A stretch of DNA of 64,000 nt from Phoronis australis (taxonomy: Eukaryota > Animalia > Phoronida). How positions within the stretch are numbered: position 1 is the first letter of the stretch; each line of letters opens with the position of its first letter. The notes under the pieces were generated by a model. It worked only from the letters and a program-made list of their open reading frames with translations. It did not search any database and had not been told where the DNA came from. The DNA lies in assembly GCA_002633005.1 (NCBI GenBank), contig NMRA01000074.1, positions 1,049,417 through 1,113,416 of the forward strand, given 5' to 3'. This document shows, piece by piece, positions 1 through 12,500 of the stretch. A program made the translations under genes and the position numbers.

Positions 1-325
1 TCAGGTTTTTGGAAATTTTCATTTGTTTGAATGGTACCTAGATTCACGCCAAAAATTCAAAACTGAACAAGGATGTGCTCTGAAAATGGCAGGACTTGCT
101 AATCCGGGAAGTAGGAGCAGAGGCCAAACTTCTGGACTCCATTTACCGCTAAAACAACTTCAAGGAATTAATGAATACCATTCCTGGCAAACTTAGACTT
201 CCCGTTTACTACACAAAATCGCCGTCAAACCGACCCCACCCCATTTGCTTCATTTTGGGTACGTATAAAGGCCCAAATCGTGGCCTTAGACCTGGATTAT
301 GGGGAAACATGAGCCTGACGTCAAA

Positions 326-387
326 TACGACCATTACGTCACGTCATTAATGGTGCGCAACATTAATGACGTGACGTAGTGGTCGTA
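326..387. repeat. near-perfect 62-bp inverted repeat (hairpin) rich in TGACGT motifs
   Basis: TACGACCATTACGTCACGTCATTAATG-gtgcgcaa-CATTAATGACGTGACGTAGTGGTCGTA: 27-bp arms with one mismatch. Confidence 0.85.
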
Positions 388-1682
388 CTTTTGGACTTGT
401 GAAAACATCTATTACCCTTTCTTGTACTGTTGTAGTTTCATCACTAAGTCAACTTTTGACTTTGATATAAATCCAGAATGAACTCTACGTTGAATTATCA
501 ATATTATCGAAAATAATTAGGGATCTTTTCATGCAACACCCCCAATTTAAGGACCGAGTCCCTATTTATTTTCAATGAACTCTGGGCTCAGTTTTTAGTT
601 CAATTATTAGAAAATGTCATTAATCAAAGAGGAGCTCATGATAAAGATGAAACAATAAAAAAATATTGCATCTGTGTGTCTACAAAGACACAAATACGCA
701 AAAAGACTTTGGGACCTTAGTTGAGGCCTTATTTGGGACTGTTTCGTGCAACCGGCCACTGGACAATTGGCAAAAGCATACCAGTTTAATGCGTCTAATG
801 TAATGTGCGTTTTTCCTGGAACACATCTTTTTCGTAAAAAAATTCCAGCATAAAATTACTGTTCTGAAAAAACGTCTATTATCCAACTACCAAACATTCC
901 TTAATTAAGTGTATTCGTAATGATTCACGTACATGTGACATGTGTATTAGTTAGCTCACTTGCCACACGTTGAGCAAATCCGATTGGAAGCACATGTTAC
1001 CTTGAATCAATGTAAACTTTGGTATTGATTTAAAGCAACTTCGTGTTTTGTTTTTTCATAGGTTAAACACGAGCTGAGACATGGAGTGATTACTAGGTAC
1101 AATGTTTTTGTTGTAAGTTAATTCTGAGAATTTACAATATTTGGCGCCTGTTCTAATTCGTATGAATTGTGGCAAACTCATTTTGAATTACAACTTCATG
1201 ACTAGAAAGATGGGAATCACGTGTCATACATAGCGAGTTACTGACGTCGAACAAAGATTGTGGCGTGATAAATGAAAACCGTTGAAGGTTTACGAGTCTC
1301 GAGTGACTTTCCAGCAAATAGCATGAGCCGCCAAATACATGTAGATTAGTGACTTAAGTCTGAAGATTCATGTTGGTGTTTAGTGGTGCAACAAACGTGA
1401 ATGCAATGAGACTACAGAGGCCACAAGTACGCCTACTGTTGCTGTGGCGACAATTGGGAGTCGAATGTAATGGCTGGTTCTCGTCACACTTATTTATCAA
1501 ATTTGAATACTTTCTGACCAAGTCATGACACAGGGTAAATAAGCTGTTTGATTTTCGACTTGATCATTCGAATTTTACATGTATGCGCTCATAAATATGC
1601 TTTTCACATTTATTGGAAAAAGTCCAGTAACGTGCATTTTTCTATTTTTAGGCTTCCATCAGCGCCATCTATAGAATTGGAA

Positions 1683-3062
1683 ATGGCCACTTGGTACCAC
1701 AAAAAAGTTTCGCACGGCCGCATTAGTACCAATGTTACGCCGGTTACTACACCAGAGTTCATGCATACATTATCTTCTCCCAAGCTCGCACGAGCTTTGT
1801 GCGACAAAAATCCTAAGGAAAACGACCTTCTGAAGAAAAAGTTGGAAAAAATTGAAAGAAGTCGAAAAACACGACACCTCGATCTGTCTTGGGATCAGCG
1901 CGAATTCTTCATAAAAAGCGTCTTTAATGAATCGGATCAACCGCGATTTGTCAAACTACAGGACAAGATGGGCGTAGAAAAGCAAAAGTTATCAAAATCC
2001 TTGGGTAACATCGCGGCAGTTAATTCAAAATCCGCACAGCAAAAATATGGAAGTTCATGTTCTAATCGTGAAACTCCGTTTTCTGTTGGGAAGTACTTTT
2101 CGTCTGGATTATTTTTACCTCCAGTTCAAACCAAGGAGTCGCGGTCACGCGCGTCCTCTGCAGTAAAACGTCATATTGACCTGTCCTCTGTCGAGAATTC
2201 GAGAGATGGTTGTCACAGCGACACTGCTGATCTAAGCGACGAAAGCGAAGCAAGTGAAGTAGTGAACTTACCAGACCTGTACCACAGTTATAGCTCCACA
2301 GTAAACACCCGCACTTTGGGCAACAGACGGCGCTCCATTAGCATGCATAACTTAACGTTGTGCGCTCCAAAGGAAGACAAAGAAGTAGAAGAACACAGCG
2401 GCAGACCGCGAGGACACTTCTGTCGACGACGGTCTATTAGTTGCAACGACCTTTCAACTCTAAAACTTGACTGTGTTGCGAGAAACAGATGTGAGAATAG
2501 GTCAGACCTGGATGTTTACGATACAGGAACTAGTGAAACAAATCCAAATCACGATCCGTTGTCGGCCTCGGTTGTAAGCAGTAATCCTACTGCTCAACAA
2601 GGGCAGCATCCAGTTCTCGTAAGAGCTCAGACATTCTCCTGCATTTTACAATCTGACGCTGTCTCTGGTAACGTTGCCAAGCAACTCAAGGTCGTGCGTC
2701 GCGCAGACACAGCACTTGGCGTAGGCTTCAGTCGTCCGATTTCGGTTATGAGTGCCACCAGTTCCGCCCGACCTTTGTTTACTAAAGGTGCACACAAACC
2801 TCCCTCAAAAGGTGCAGCGAAGAAGCCACTTTGCGACGTCAAAATCATTAACAAACTGACTACCTCTCTGCCGGAACACTTGTACCGGAAGGTGAAACAG
2901 AGTGCGACGAAAGTTGCTGAGAGTGAAGGGGTTTTCGACATCAAAGAGAAGTTAATTGAGAAAAACCGAAGCATCTCGTCAATGAATGCATTGGATGACC
3001 CGAGATGGAAACGACTTGAAGAGACACTCCATTCAATAAAACCAAATGCAAAAATTGGCTAG
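1683..3062 (+). CDS. uncharacterised ~459-aa Ser/Arg-rich protein with a short N-terminal coiled coil and a C-terminal LDDPRW..LE..L motif; single coding exon
   Basis: The only long ORF in the window (track 1548-3062). Polypyrimidine-AG acceptor at 1650-51. First ATG at 1683 in a good context (aaATGG). Repeated RRRSIS motifs. AATAAA at 3491. Confidence 0.8.
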   Translation: MATWYHKKVSHGRISTNVTPVTTPEFMHTLSSPKLARALCDKNPKENDLLKKKLEKIERSRKTRHLDLSWDQREFFIKSVFNESDQPRFVKLQDKMGVEKQKLSKSLGNIAAVNSKSAQQKYGSSCSNRETPFSVGKYFSSGLFLPPVQTKESRSRASSAVKRHIDLSSVENSRDGCHSDTADLSDESEASEVVNLPDLYHSYSSTVNTRTLGNRRRSISMHNLTLCAPKEDKEVEEHSGRPRGHFCRRRSISCNDLSTLKLDCVARNRCENRSDLDVYDTGTSETNPNHDPLSASVVSSNPTAQQGQHPVLVRAQTFSCILQSDAVSGNVAKQLKVVRRADTALGVGFSRPISVMSATSSARPLFTKGAHKPPSKGAAKKPLCDVKIINKLTTSLPEHLYRKVKQSATKVAESEGVFDIKEKLIEKNRSISSMNALDDPRWKRLEETLHSIKPNAKIG

Positions 3063-3591
3063 TTAAAACATCAGAAGTTCGAATGCCACTGCTTATCTTG
3101 GCTGGTTTATAAGAACCTCAATTTATTGTGCATTAACTTTATGAACACAGCGAAAGAAACTTGCCACACTCGTATGGGTGTCGACTGTTCATTGAGAATC
3201 TGACAAACAAAATTTTATTACAAAGCTGTAAGCACTATGATTATTTAGTTTCAAAATGGCAACACTAGTTGATATTGCTCTAGAATATAATCAAACTGTG
3301 CGCATGCGTTAATTGTATAGACATGAGTGTGATTGTACTGACGGAAAAACTATTTAGCATTCCGTTTTAGGTTTTATCAGAGTGCATAGGTCCATCTGTG
3401 CCTTTGAGATCTGGATTCAAACACAAGGAATCTGCGGTTTCATGAAAAGTAACAGAAAGGTGGTCGCAAGCTCCCACTTGACTATAGCAGAATAAAGATA
3501 TGCCAAATAATTGCGATAGGATCGCATTCTAGACACAATTTATGGAAATTATCTCAGTAAATAGAAACCGTCCCCATGTGTACTGTCACAG

Positions 3592-6500
3592 CTAGAGGAT
3601 CTCAACGTGAACGAATAAGCAGGCCGGATGAAGCGGGTGCCCGTCTTGATCTAGTAGATGAACTGTTCTGTATCCTGAAACATCAATGTAGAAGCATGAC
3701 ATGATAACACTCAGTTATTATTACCCAGAATGCCTAGTTATCTCCGGGAGGGTCTAACTCAAAAGAGGCATAACGGAGTTTTAATCTCAATCCTTAAAGG
3801 CCACCAATGCGTCCTATCTACTTGTTTTCTACGTCCAAATGTAAACTTCGGGTAATTGGTAAGGTGAACCTGTGAAACGTAAACAATCACTTATAATGTG
3901 TTTCTGTGTTTACGAAAAAAGCTCTGTGTAACACTGTTGACCTAATGCACGCGCAGCACTCTGTGATCAAGGGACACTAGGGGTAAGAAGGTTGCAATGA
4001 AACGTGGCTCATCAAAACTTAAAACCGTTGTTCATGTAACATTTTGTGACAAATTTTTAGGGCGATTTCAGGAATCTATTAAGAAATTGTTTTAAAAATG
4101 GTAATGTAGTGGTTTTGTGAAGAAATGGAACGGAAATTATTGTAAAAAGTGGAGCACATTGGAAGCCTTTAAATCTGCATTTCGCCCTATTTGCCTGTTT
4201 AAAAACTAAACTTGAACTAGGCCATTTTCTCTCATAAAATCGTTCGCCTAATATTCTTTACTACGATGGATTCCATTTCCGTCACCAATTCAAGTCACCG
4301 GAAATGCGTACAGGGCATGCGCCATTTTCAAATTTGCAATTTCAGGGTTGACCAACTTTAATAAACTTTGTGGAGTCGCAGAAGGTTTCGGTGCTCTCGT
4401 TGCTCACACAGAATAGAATGCCGTCACGACAAGAAATGTTACGATACCAATTTTATGAGAGTAGAAAGTTTAATTCGATTTTTATTTTAAAAAGCTAAAC
4501 AGGGCTTAATGCAGCTTTATTTTGCTGACGTATTAATTCTTAGATTTTCATTTACACATATTCCTGTATACATGCTAACATGTACATACTTGAAGACATA
4601 GAGTAATCGTTCTTGTCTATTTCCGAAGCTATCAACATCTACAATGAATAAACCATCTGTGGCTGTTACAAAACTCGGCCCAGCTGCTTCTGGTCCCGTT
4701 TTTCTTTTTTTTTTTGGAAAATCCAGTTAGTAGTGCGGTATTTTAGTTGTTTGCCTTTTTATAATCATGGCTTTCAAACCTTGCTTAATTTTGCTTACCT
4801 GCCTTTGTGCACCTTGAACAAAAAAAACACTTGACGTTGGCTGTAATTGATGCGGGCGAGCGTTGTTCTTTTATTCGTTGAGTGTATGTCTCAAAACGAG
4901 TCTGAGTCGAGACCCGAAGCAACTACGCGTTTTTGAAGTGCCAATTCATTATTTCATGGAACTGGTCGATGACGGTTGCAGAATTAATATCATGTAAATG
5001 AATATATTATGCAGTTTCGATGCTTGAACAACTGCCAATATGAAGTTGCTACTACAAGACAGATCCCGGGGGTCAGTTTTATCAAGAAACTAGTTCGTCA
5101 CCTGATCGTAGCAAAGACGGTTGGAGTAACGTTACTCAGAACCAAACGCTGAGTTTTTACAAGATCGAAACGTTGCAACTGATGTTAAGTTGTTAAAGTT
5201 CCGAATTCAGGCTAATCGGCCGCCTTCACGAAGCATATGCAAATTGTGTAAAATAAGAAATTCGTTGTTTTACCTTGTCGTATGCAAGTGAACGGCATGC
5301 AACGTTGCGCAACGAAGTCGTTTAAGGAGAGCGTGTCGTTGTCTCGGACGACAAACCTCACTTGAGCCAGATCAGGGACATTGATCGTTACTTCAAACTT
5401 TTCATTCCAGACTGGATTGAATCCTTAAATGTGTATTGGAAATCTGTCAAAATGAGTCGTGTGCTTCAGTGTCGTTAAGGGACGCTCAATAGTTTTCCGT
5501 CATTGTTGCCTCCCCAGGCAGGGTGAACTCGGGGAAAGCAGTTTATTTCTTTTCTCCAAGAAAACCACAAAATATGAAACATGTGCAGGTACTGATCATA
5601 CACAAAGCTTGTCTACAGTCTAAAAAACTTGCATTAAAAGTGCGTTGTTGCTTTGATGCCCACGGCAAACCTAGCCGGCCGTGCCAAAAGGAGCACAAAC
5701 ATACACAAATTTAGCGCTTTTCAACACAAAACCACTACTCATTACGACTCGAAAAACTAATGAATTCCAACGAATGAGTGCTTGCAAATGTTGTGACGTC
5801 AAATACAACCAGAACACAGTCATTTTGCAGCTATCAGAAGTAAAAGGTGAATGCAACCATTTTTTATGTCATTTTTTGTAAAAACGCGGTTCGTTGATTA
5901 TCCCAGACATGTCTATCAGTTAATTTCGACTTACTGTACTCGTGCCCTACTCCGGAAGTGACATTTTTGGGGTTAAGAATTTCCCGACATTTTGTTTCTG
6001 CGTTCGCGTGTACTGTGAGTATCTGCTCCACTTTGGTTTTCGTGCTGGTTTCCTAAAATTGTCGTCATCACTTCTCATTGACGAGTATTCTTTGACAAGC
6101 TAGGTAGTTACAGAGCTCAACTACGTTGGATTTAAAGATAGTTTAGTTTGTAACAGCCTGGAAATGGCTGGAGTCGGCGACCCATGTCACAGACACGGTG
6201 ACGGAGACATTGTTCATAGGAGTGGTGATGAGGTATTTTTTCGCGAACAGGCAGTGAGTGGATATGTGTTTGAGCCAAGCAGTTATGAGAGGGCAGAAGA
6301 CAGACGTGGTGGGACGCCTTGGGGCAAATGCACGGTGTGCACTGTTTGACGCCGATCTCAATGGAATGCCTATGCTGTTCCCACTGGATTGTAACCTAAG
6401 CACCCAAACCGCTTACATCCGTCGTGTGACTCCTTCGCCTTGCACCTAACACCTTTTGAATACATCCAATACTTTTTCAAGTCCACATTAAACTGATCTA

Positions 6501-9500
6501 AGATGGCTCACCGGCCTCAGTGTTCCCTGTACGACGACTTATCCTCCTCACTGGGTGTCGAACTGGGCCTGTATTCTCTCTCACTACTTAACATCGCTGC
6601 AGGGTTGCTTACTCTGACAGCCTATATCCGAAATTTTTTTTTTTTGAACACGATTTACGCATATGCGTCACATGCACGCGACAAAGACGACTATCTGTCA
6701 AATATGCCCATGTCTTAATTTGTACAGATTTGCCCATTTTAGTACTTTATTTAAAGTTGGATTCACGTCATCTGTCGCTCTGCAATGGCCAAGTTAACTT
6801 TTACTCGAACGCTCATTTAGGAATTAGTTTTATTAAACTTTTGCGTAGGCTTATAAGAGCATGCCCCTAAGATCGGGATATAGGCGAAGTCTCGCTTAAC
6901 CTTGGCCTAAATACGTGGATACTTTGTTTGTTATAGTATACGTACCGTTATTCGGGACATACTTGGTGGCAAATGTGGTGCAGTCCACTTTAACACCAAA
7001 TATCTGCAGTTTGACGTACGGGTCCACCATATACTTGTTACTGGAGCTGGGGCAGGGAAGATGAAGCCCAGAGATTATCTAGGAATGTAGAGAGCGCCAG
7101 TAGTTGAACGTAAAAGATGTGTATTTGTGCGTGGTGTGTGTGTGTAAAAACAAGAGAGAACCGAGGGGTCGTAAATTTTGGCGTATGTCTTCATTTTGAG
7201 TATGTATAAAACACCTTAAAGTGGCTTAGAACGCAAAAAAAAACAGAATAAGTTGTGTTACTCAATGTGGTTCCCTGCCACTGAAACAGAAATCAAACCC
7301 TCGAAATGGCATTTTAGGATTTGTTGGAAAAGATTTTGAAATTCTGTTGATGTCAAAACATTTTTCTTTAGTTTCAATTTTTAAAAAAAGATATGTCAGC
7401 TGTTCTCACTTCGTCGATTTTTTCTCAAAAGACAAAGTGCGTCTCCTTATTTACTTTTGGAAAAACATAGTCGTATCACATTTCCCTTATATGGAAATTG
7501 TGGCCTTTGACCTTTTATGTAAACAAAGTAATGGAGCTTGGGTAAATGTTTGGTGGGTAATTTTTTGAGCGCATGTGCACATGTACATTATTAGAGGAGA
7601 AGAATTTGAAAACTGTATTGTGATGAAAGAGCTTATATTTCGCCTGTGTTTCAAAAATAGGGAATCTGAGAATTTTTCCAGAAAATTTTGTAATATTCAT
7701 AGTGAATAGCTCCTACGTTAGCATCTCAGAAGTAGATTCGCCTCGATCTGTATAAAGGGAGTTTTGTGAGTTTTTGCGTTCCATGCCTCTCTAAAGTTAT
7801 TATAGCAAAACAGACCCGTGACCATAATTTTTAAGCACGAACTTAAATTAGTGTAAGGTCTCAAGAGTTGATACTGTGAATACTTGTGAAAACTAACCTT
7901 TATTTTGAAGAGCTTTTTCATTCGTGGGTCGAATTCTGTGTTGTAAGGGTTGAACGAACTATCTAAAAATAGAGATGCGACTACAATTGAGCAGGGATGG
8001 CAGATTAAGATTGCGTACCAGACGTGGTAAATTCCAGTCAACCATTTCTGTGTTTTAGCTTCAACTACAGCTTCACTGTCACCAAAACATATTGATGAGC
8101 TTATTTTTCTGAAAAAGAACTTGAAATAAGTAGTCTGTTGTGAACAAGTAGTTAACTAGTTGTTAAAATACACTGTTTCAAAACAAAATGCATGACTTTT
8201 GTTCGGGATCTTGATTTGCGTACGAATCGAAATTTAGCGAACCAAAGACCTACGTGTACATGCCGAATCGTACCGAACCGAAGAAATGGTACCATCTCAC
8301 CTCTAGTAAACGTACGGTAATAAGCCATAATAGTCCCCCAAACATTGTCGTGATTGAAAGCGTTACAATGATTTTACGATGCACTTTGAGCACTTGGAAT
8401 ACGATAGAAAACGAAAGAGGATAATGACTGCCGATGATCCAAGCATGTCATACAGTAGTTCAACCACGACGCTTAACACTAGATCACTATGGAAATAGTC
8501 AGATTGCGTGGAAGTGGTTTTCCCATGAATTTTGGAGTTTAAGGGATTACCTAATTTCGTCCTCAAACATATGAGTAACAACGGAGACCAACTACTGTCT
8601 GTTCGAACCGATAAGACAACCGCTTGCGTTGATTAAGTTCTGGTGCCACTGAGCTGGCGTAATCTATGAATGGGCTCAAAGGCTTGGTATCGAGCTTTAT
8701 CGCTTCGTGCAATTGTAAGCAAGGAAATTGGTGGAGTAAGAGAGATCTGGGGGCAGTTTTGAGGCACACATTGTAAGTAGGTTAAATGAATTTGGTTTGC
8801 CCGTGTTCGTGAAAATGAATTTGCCTGATAAAACCACCCTTTCTGTCCATTAGAATAAGTTTAATACGAGGTTATCGCTAACAAGTAGCGGTGTCTTGTT
8901 CCTTAGCATATCATGGAAGACGATTATTACATTTCTACTTGAGGAGGTTCGTCATTTAAACCCTTGTAAGTGTATTCATTTTTATTTCCATAAATAGTTT
9001 TGGTAAAAAATTACAGTATCTGAAAATTCTAAATTTCTGAAACTTATGACGCAATCCATTATTCTTAACGTCACTGGCTGTATTGTTGCGTAGACGTTGC
9101 TGAGTAACGCATTACGTCATCTCTTTGTTCTGTAAATTTGTTTTCGGCAACGCGCCTCACAACACCTTCGACCATCAAGCAGCCAAGACGTGTTTGGTGA
9201 TCTCTCTGACTGTGTGATTCGCGATGCGCATGCTCACCTGACGCGGTCGTTACCGTGACAACGTCTATCTCTAAGTGCAGGTAAATTAGTGATGCTCCAG
9301 TTAGACAGTGTTCCTCCAACTCAGTGTTATATAGTAACACAAAGACTGATCGATCATAGTAGTGGAGACTGTCTGTTCATTCTGTGATGCGCCTGAATTT
9401 CACCCGTTTGTCATGCCTGCAATCGTTTTGTAGATCTCACTTGTGCCAAAGCTTCCAACTGGAGCGCGTCAACTAAACGAAGGAGAAGCTACTCCGCGTT

Positions 9501-12500
9501 TCTACACTGCTTAGGTTTGTTTCGCTCAGGCTAGAGAAGGTAACTCTGAGTTGTGCTAGATCCAACTACATTTATTCTATCTCCTAACGCCTATGGAACC
9601 TCCAACGAAGAGAGGAACGAAAGTAACTGGTACAAAAATACACGCAAGTTATCAGGTGCACTGCGATTGGCAAATCCAGGAATGGGATGTAAAACCTCGA
9701 GTATTAAAGGTACATCACTTGCCGAATTACCAATAACAAGTAAACACAATTGACACCATTCCGATTTATCATCCAAGGAAAGGGAAGTAATGGCCTTCAG
9801 AATTCTCGGCATTTTAAACACGCAGTGAACCATTAGATCCAGGATTCCGTGACCAGACGACACCCAGGAAACCACGTGACGCTTTATGTGCATAATACGC
9901 ATGACGCGCAGTGGCAGGTCTCTGCACCTATCTAACAGTGATGGGCAACAAATGTTAGCAAAAGAATGTGAATGTCTAGATAGCAATGTCTGAGCAAAAT
10001 AAAAGACCCCTTAAAATTCTAGGCGTTCGTTATCTATCGGAGCTCGAGAAGTATAGCTGTCAATATCCGTTGTTATCTTTGAAAACTGATCTGCACATCC
10101 TTCTCGAAGAAGCAAGGCACGTTATTCCCTTTAGGATGAGACGATAGTTATCTGGAACGTTGGATGTAGAGGACTTATGAGTTTCGTGTATAATCAGACA
10201 TCGTAAAGTGATCATGTTACGCCCTTGTCGAAGTAGAATGCTTTCACTCACTTCACGCGGGGACGAAGCACTCTACGACCCATCATTCACTTCTGAACGT
10301 CGGTAAAAGATGCACTCAATGACCCATCATTACGATTAGGAAACTTCTGAAGTGCAACAAAGTCGAAAAAGTGGACAAAGGAAGTAATAATTAATGGAAC
10401 TTGGAAGACGTTGACACATATAAGTTCCAGAGCCATTCTCAATTATAAGAAAACGAAAACGGTAGCCAACTACGTAAACAAACTGTGAAGAGACGGATGA
10501 ATAGAATTTAAGCAATTTTGTTTTGATATTAAGCACAGTTCTTGGGCGCTTTCCGTCATTCACAAAGGTTGTAACCAGTGCTTCATGACAAAGAACTTGA
10601 CGTTATAAAGTAGAGAATCTCGATCACTCCATGGTTGCGTCAACAAACCTTGTGTGGTTAAATTTTGTTGATGAACTACCGTAGCGCCATCTACATGCTT
10701 GGTGGTAATCAAAGTTGACGAACTGTGGACATCGCCTTATGGTCAAGAGACTGGCTGCTACCTTCCGTGTGCGAAATCGGCACGCGCACGGGGAGGACCC
10801 TTTTAGACAGAAGGCGGTCTAATTGTAAGTCGCGGATCAAGACATCATACTACAACCAGAAAACGTGTGATAACGTCTCACAGAAAAGGCGCTGTGTTAC
10901 GAGAACTGGCGCGTTTTTAAATTGCAACTTTTTGAAATCTACTGGTTTTATCTTGTTACGCATAATGCTTTTATGTTTACATTTTATTGTAACATCTAGC
11001 TCGTATTATTTTTTATTTTTATCTTTTATGAACACGTATAAGTAGTTTGTAAATAAATACTGCATGAAAAACTAACAACAAATTCTTACATATAACAAGT
11101 GCACATTTCGTGTATACCCATCGTGGTACTCCATTCACATGGTGTTTGAGAACGACAGGCTTCTGATAATCTTAGGCAAATAAATATCAAACGTCATAAG
11201 GTCACGATTTTCGAAGGGACAATTATCTGCGAGAGAAATGCTTTCCAGATATCAGCCTCAGGGCGCAATGGATCGGGCAACTCTCGCGGACATAGTCTAA
11301 GACTCTGATGAAAAAACCCAGCCCCATACAAAAAGACAAATTATTTTAAGCGTATTTAATTGGTAGTCATAGGCCTTGATTTCATCCACAACGGCGAGAA
11401 TTGGCGATTCCAAATAAAATCACAAAACACAGCTGATTTTATGGTTTCTCAGTAACTCTGGACAAAGCTAATAACTTCAAGAAGTCTCAGGCAGTAATAA
11501 TACCAAAAAGTTGTTTCCCCACTGTAAAACCGTTAAGGTCCCTTTGACTACATTATTTCATGAAGGCCGGCATGCATGCATTGGAGTACGCTGACACTTG
11601 CCATTTTTACTCGTACCTGGCTTGCAAGTTCAAACTCTTACCTGATAAAATTTTTGGCTTTAGGACGTAACCACACCCTCCATTATTGAGGAACCAACCA
11701 TGGTATATGTGCATCTCCCTCCACAATGTCTGGAAGTTCAACGCCACTGCAAATGAGACGAATAAACATCTTTTGGTTTAAGCTTCAATTTTTCTCTGGC
11801 CCCAACAAGCACCTATTTTTTGGTTAAATCCGTTACCTAATTCATTTCTTATGGGTGGCGCACCACAGGGGGCTGGGGATGGGGGTATAGTACATGAAAC
11901 GCTAACTCTGTATGGTCTCAATGGACAAAATCTGTGATAGTACGTACTAGGCGCGACCAACACTATTGGTTGCGAATTCACTATTCGCTAGCGGCGCATG
12001 ATGCGTGTCACGGTTTTACACGCAAGTACGTCGTCTGCTCACTAACCGGAAAATGGCGCGTCTTCCGGGAATGCTATATGGAAGTATCGGAGTTGCTAAT
12101 CTGTTGTCTATGATCTAAAGCAGTTCCTGTTAGTTCGTAAGATATGCAGTCCAGCGAAACTAGAAATGTCGTAGCTTACCTAATTGTGCCCCAACGCACC
12201 ACATAGCCTGTGGGTTGTAATTGCTCGAGTCGGTGCGCAAACCGCTCGGGTAGATTCGTACAAGTTGACGACTTGTGTAGTCTATAAATTCCTCGGTCTT
12301 CGACTGAGCCAAGTCGAACGCTTTGCTCTCGGGAATGGATGAATTTTGGTAAAATGCATCTGAAAGGAGCACCAGATGCTTTGAATACTGAGATAATACT
12401 GCGCTAGGCTACACCAGAAAGCACTTCCATGTATTTAATATTCATGGATTTGTAGACACACGTGCATAAATTTACCGCCACGAAAAATAATCACGAATTA

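Noticed and set aside
1548-1682. N-terminal 45 aa of the 504-aa ORF
   Set aside because: It starts at TTG and crosses a polypyrimidine-AG acceptor, so it is probably intron and 5' UTR.
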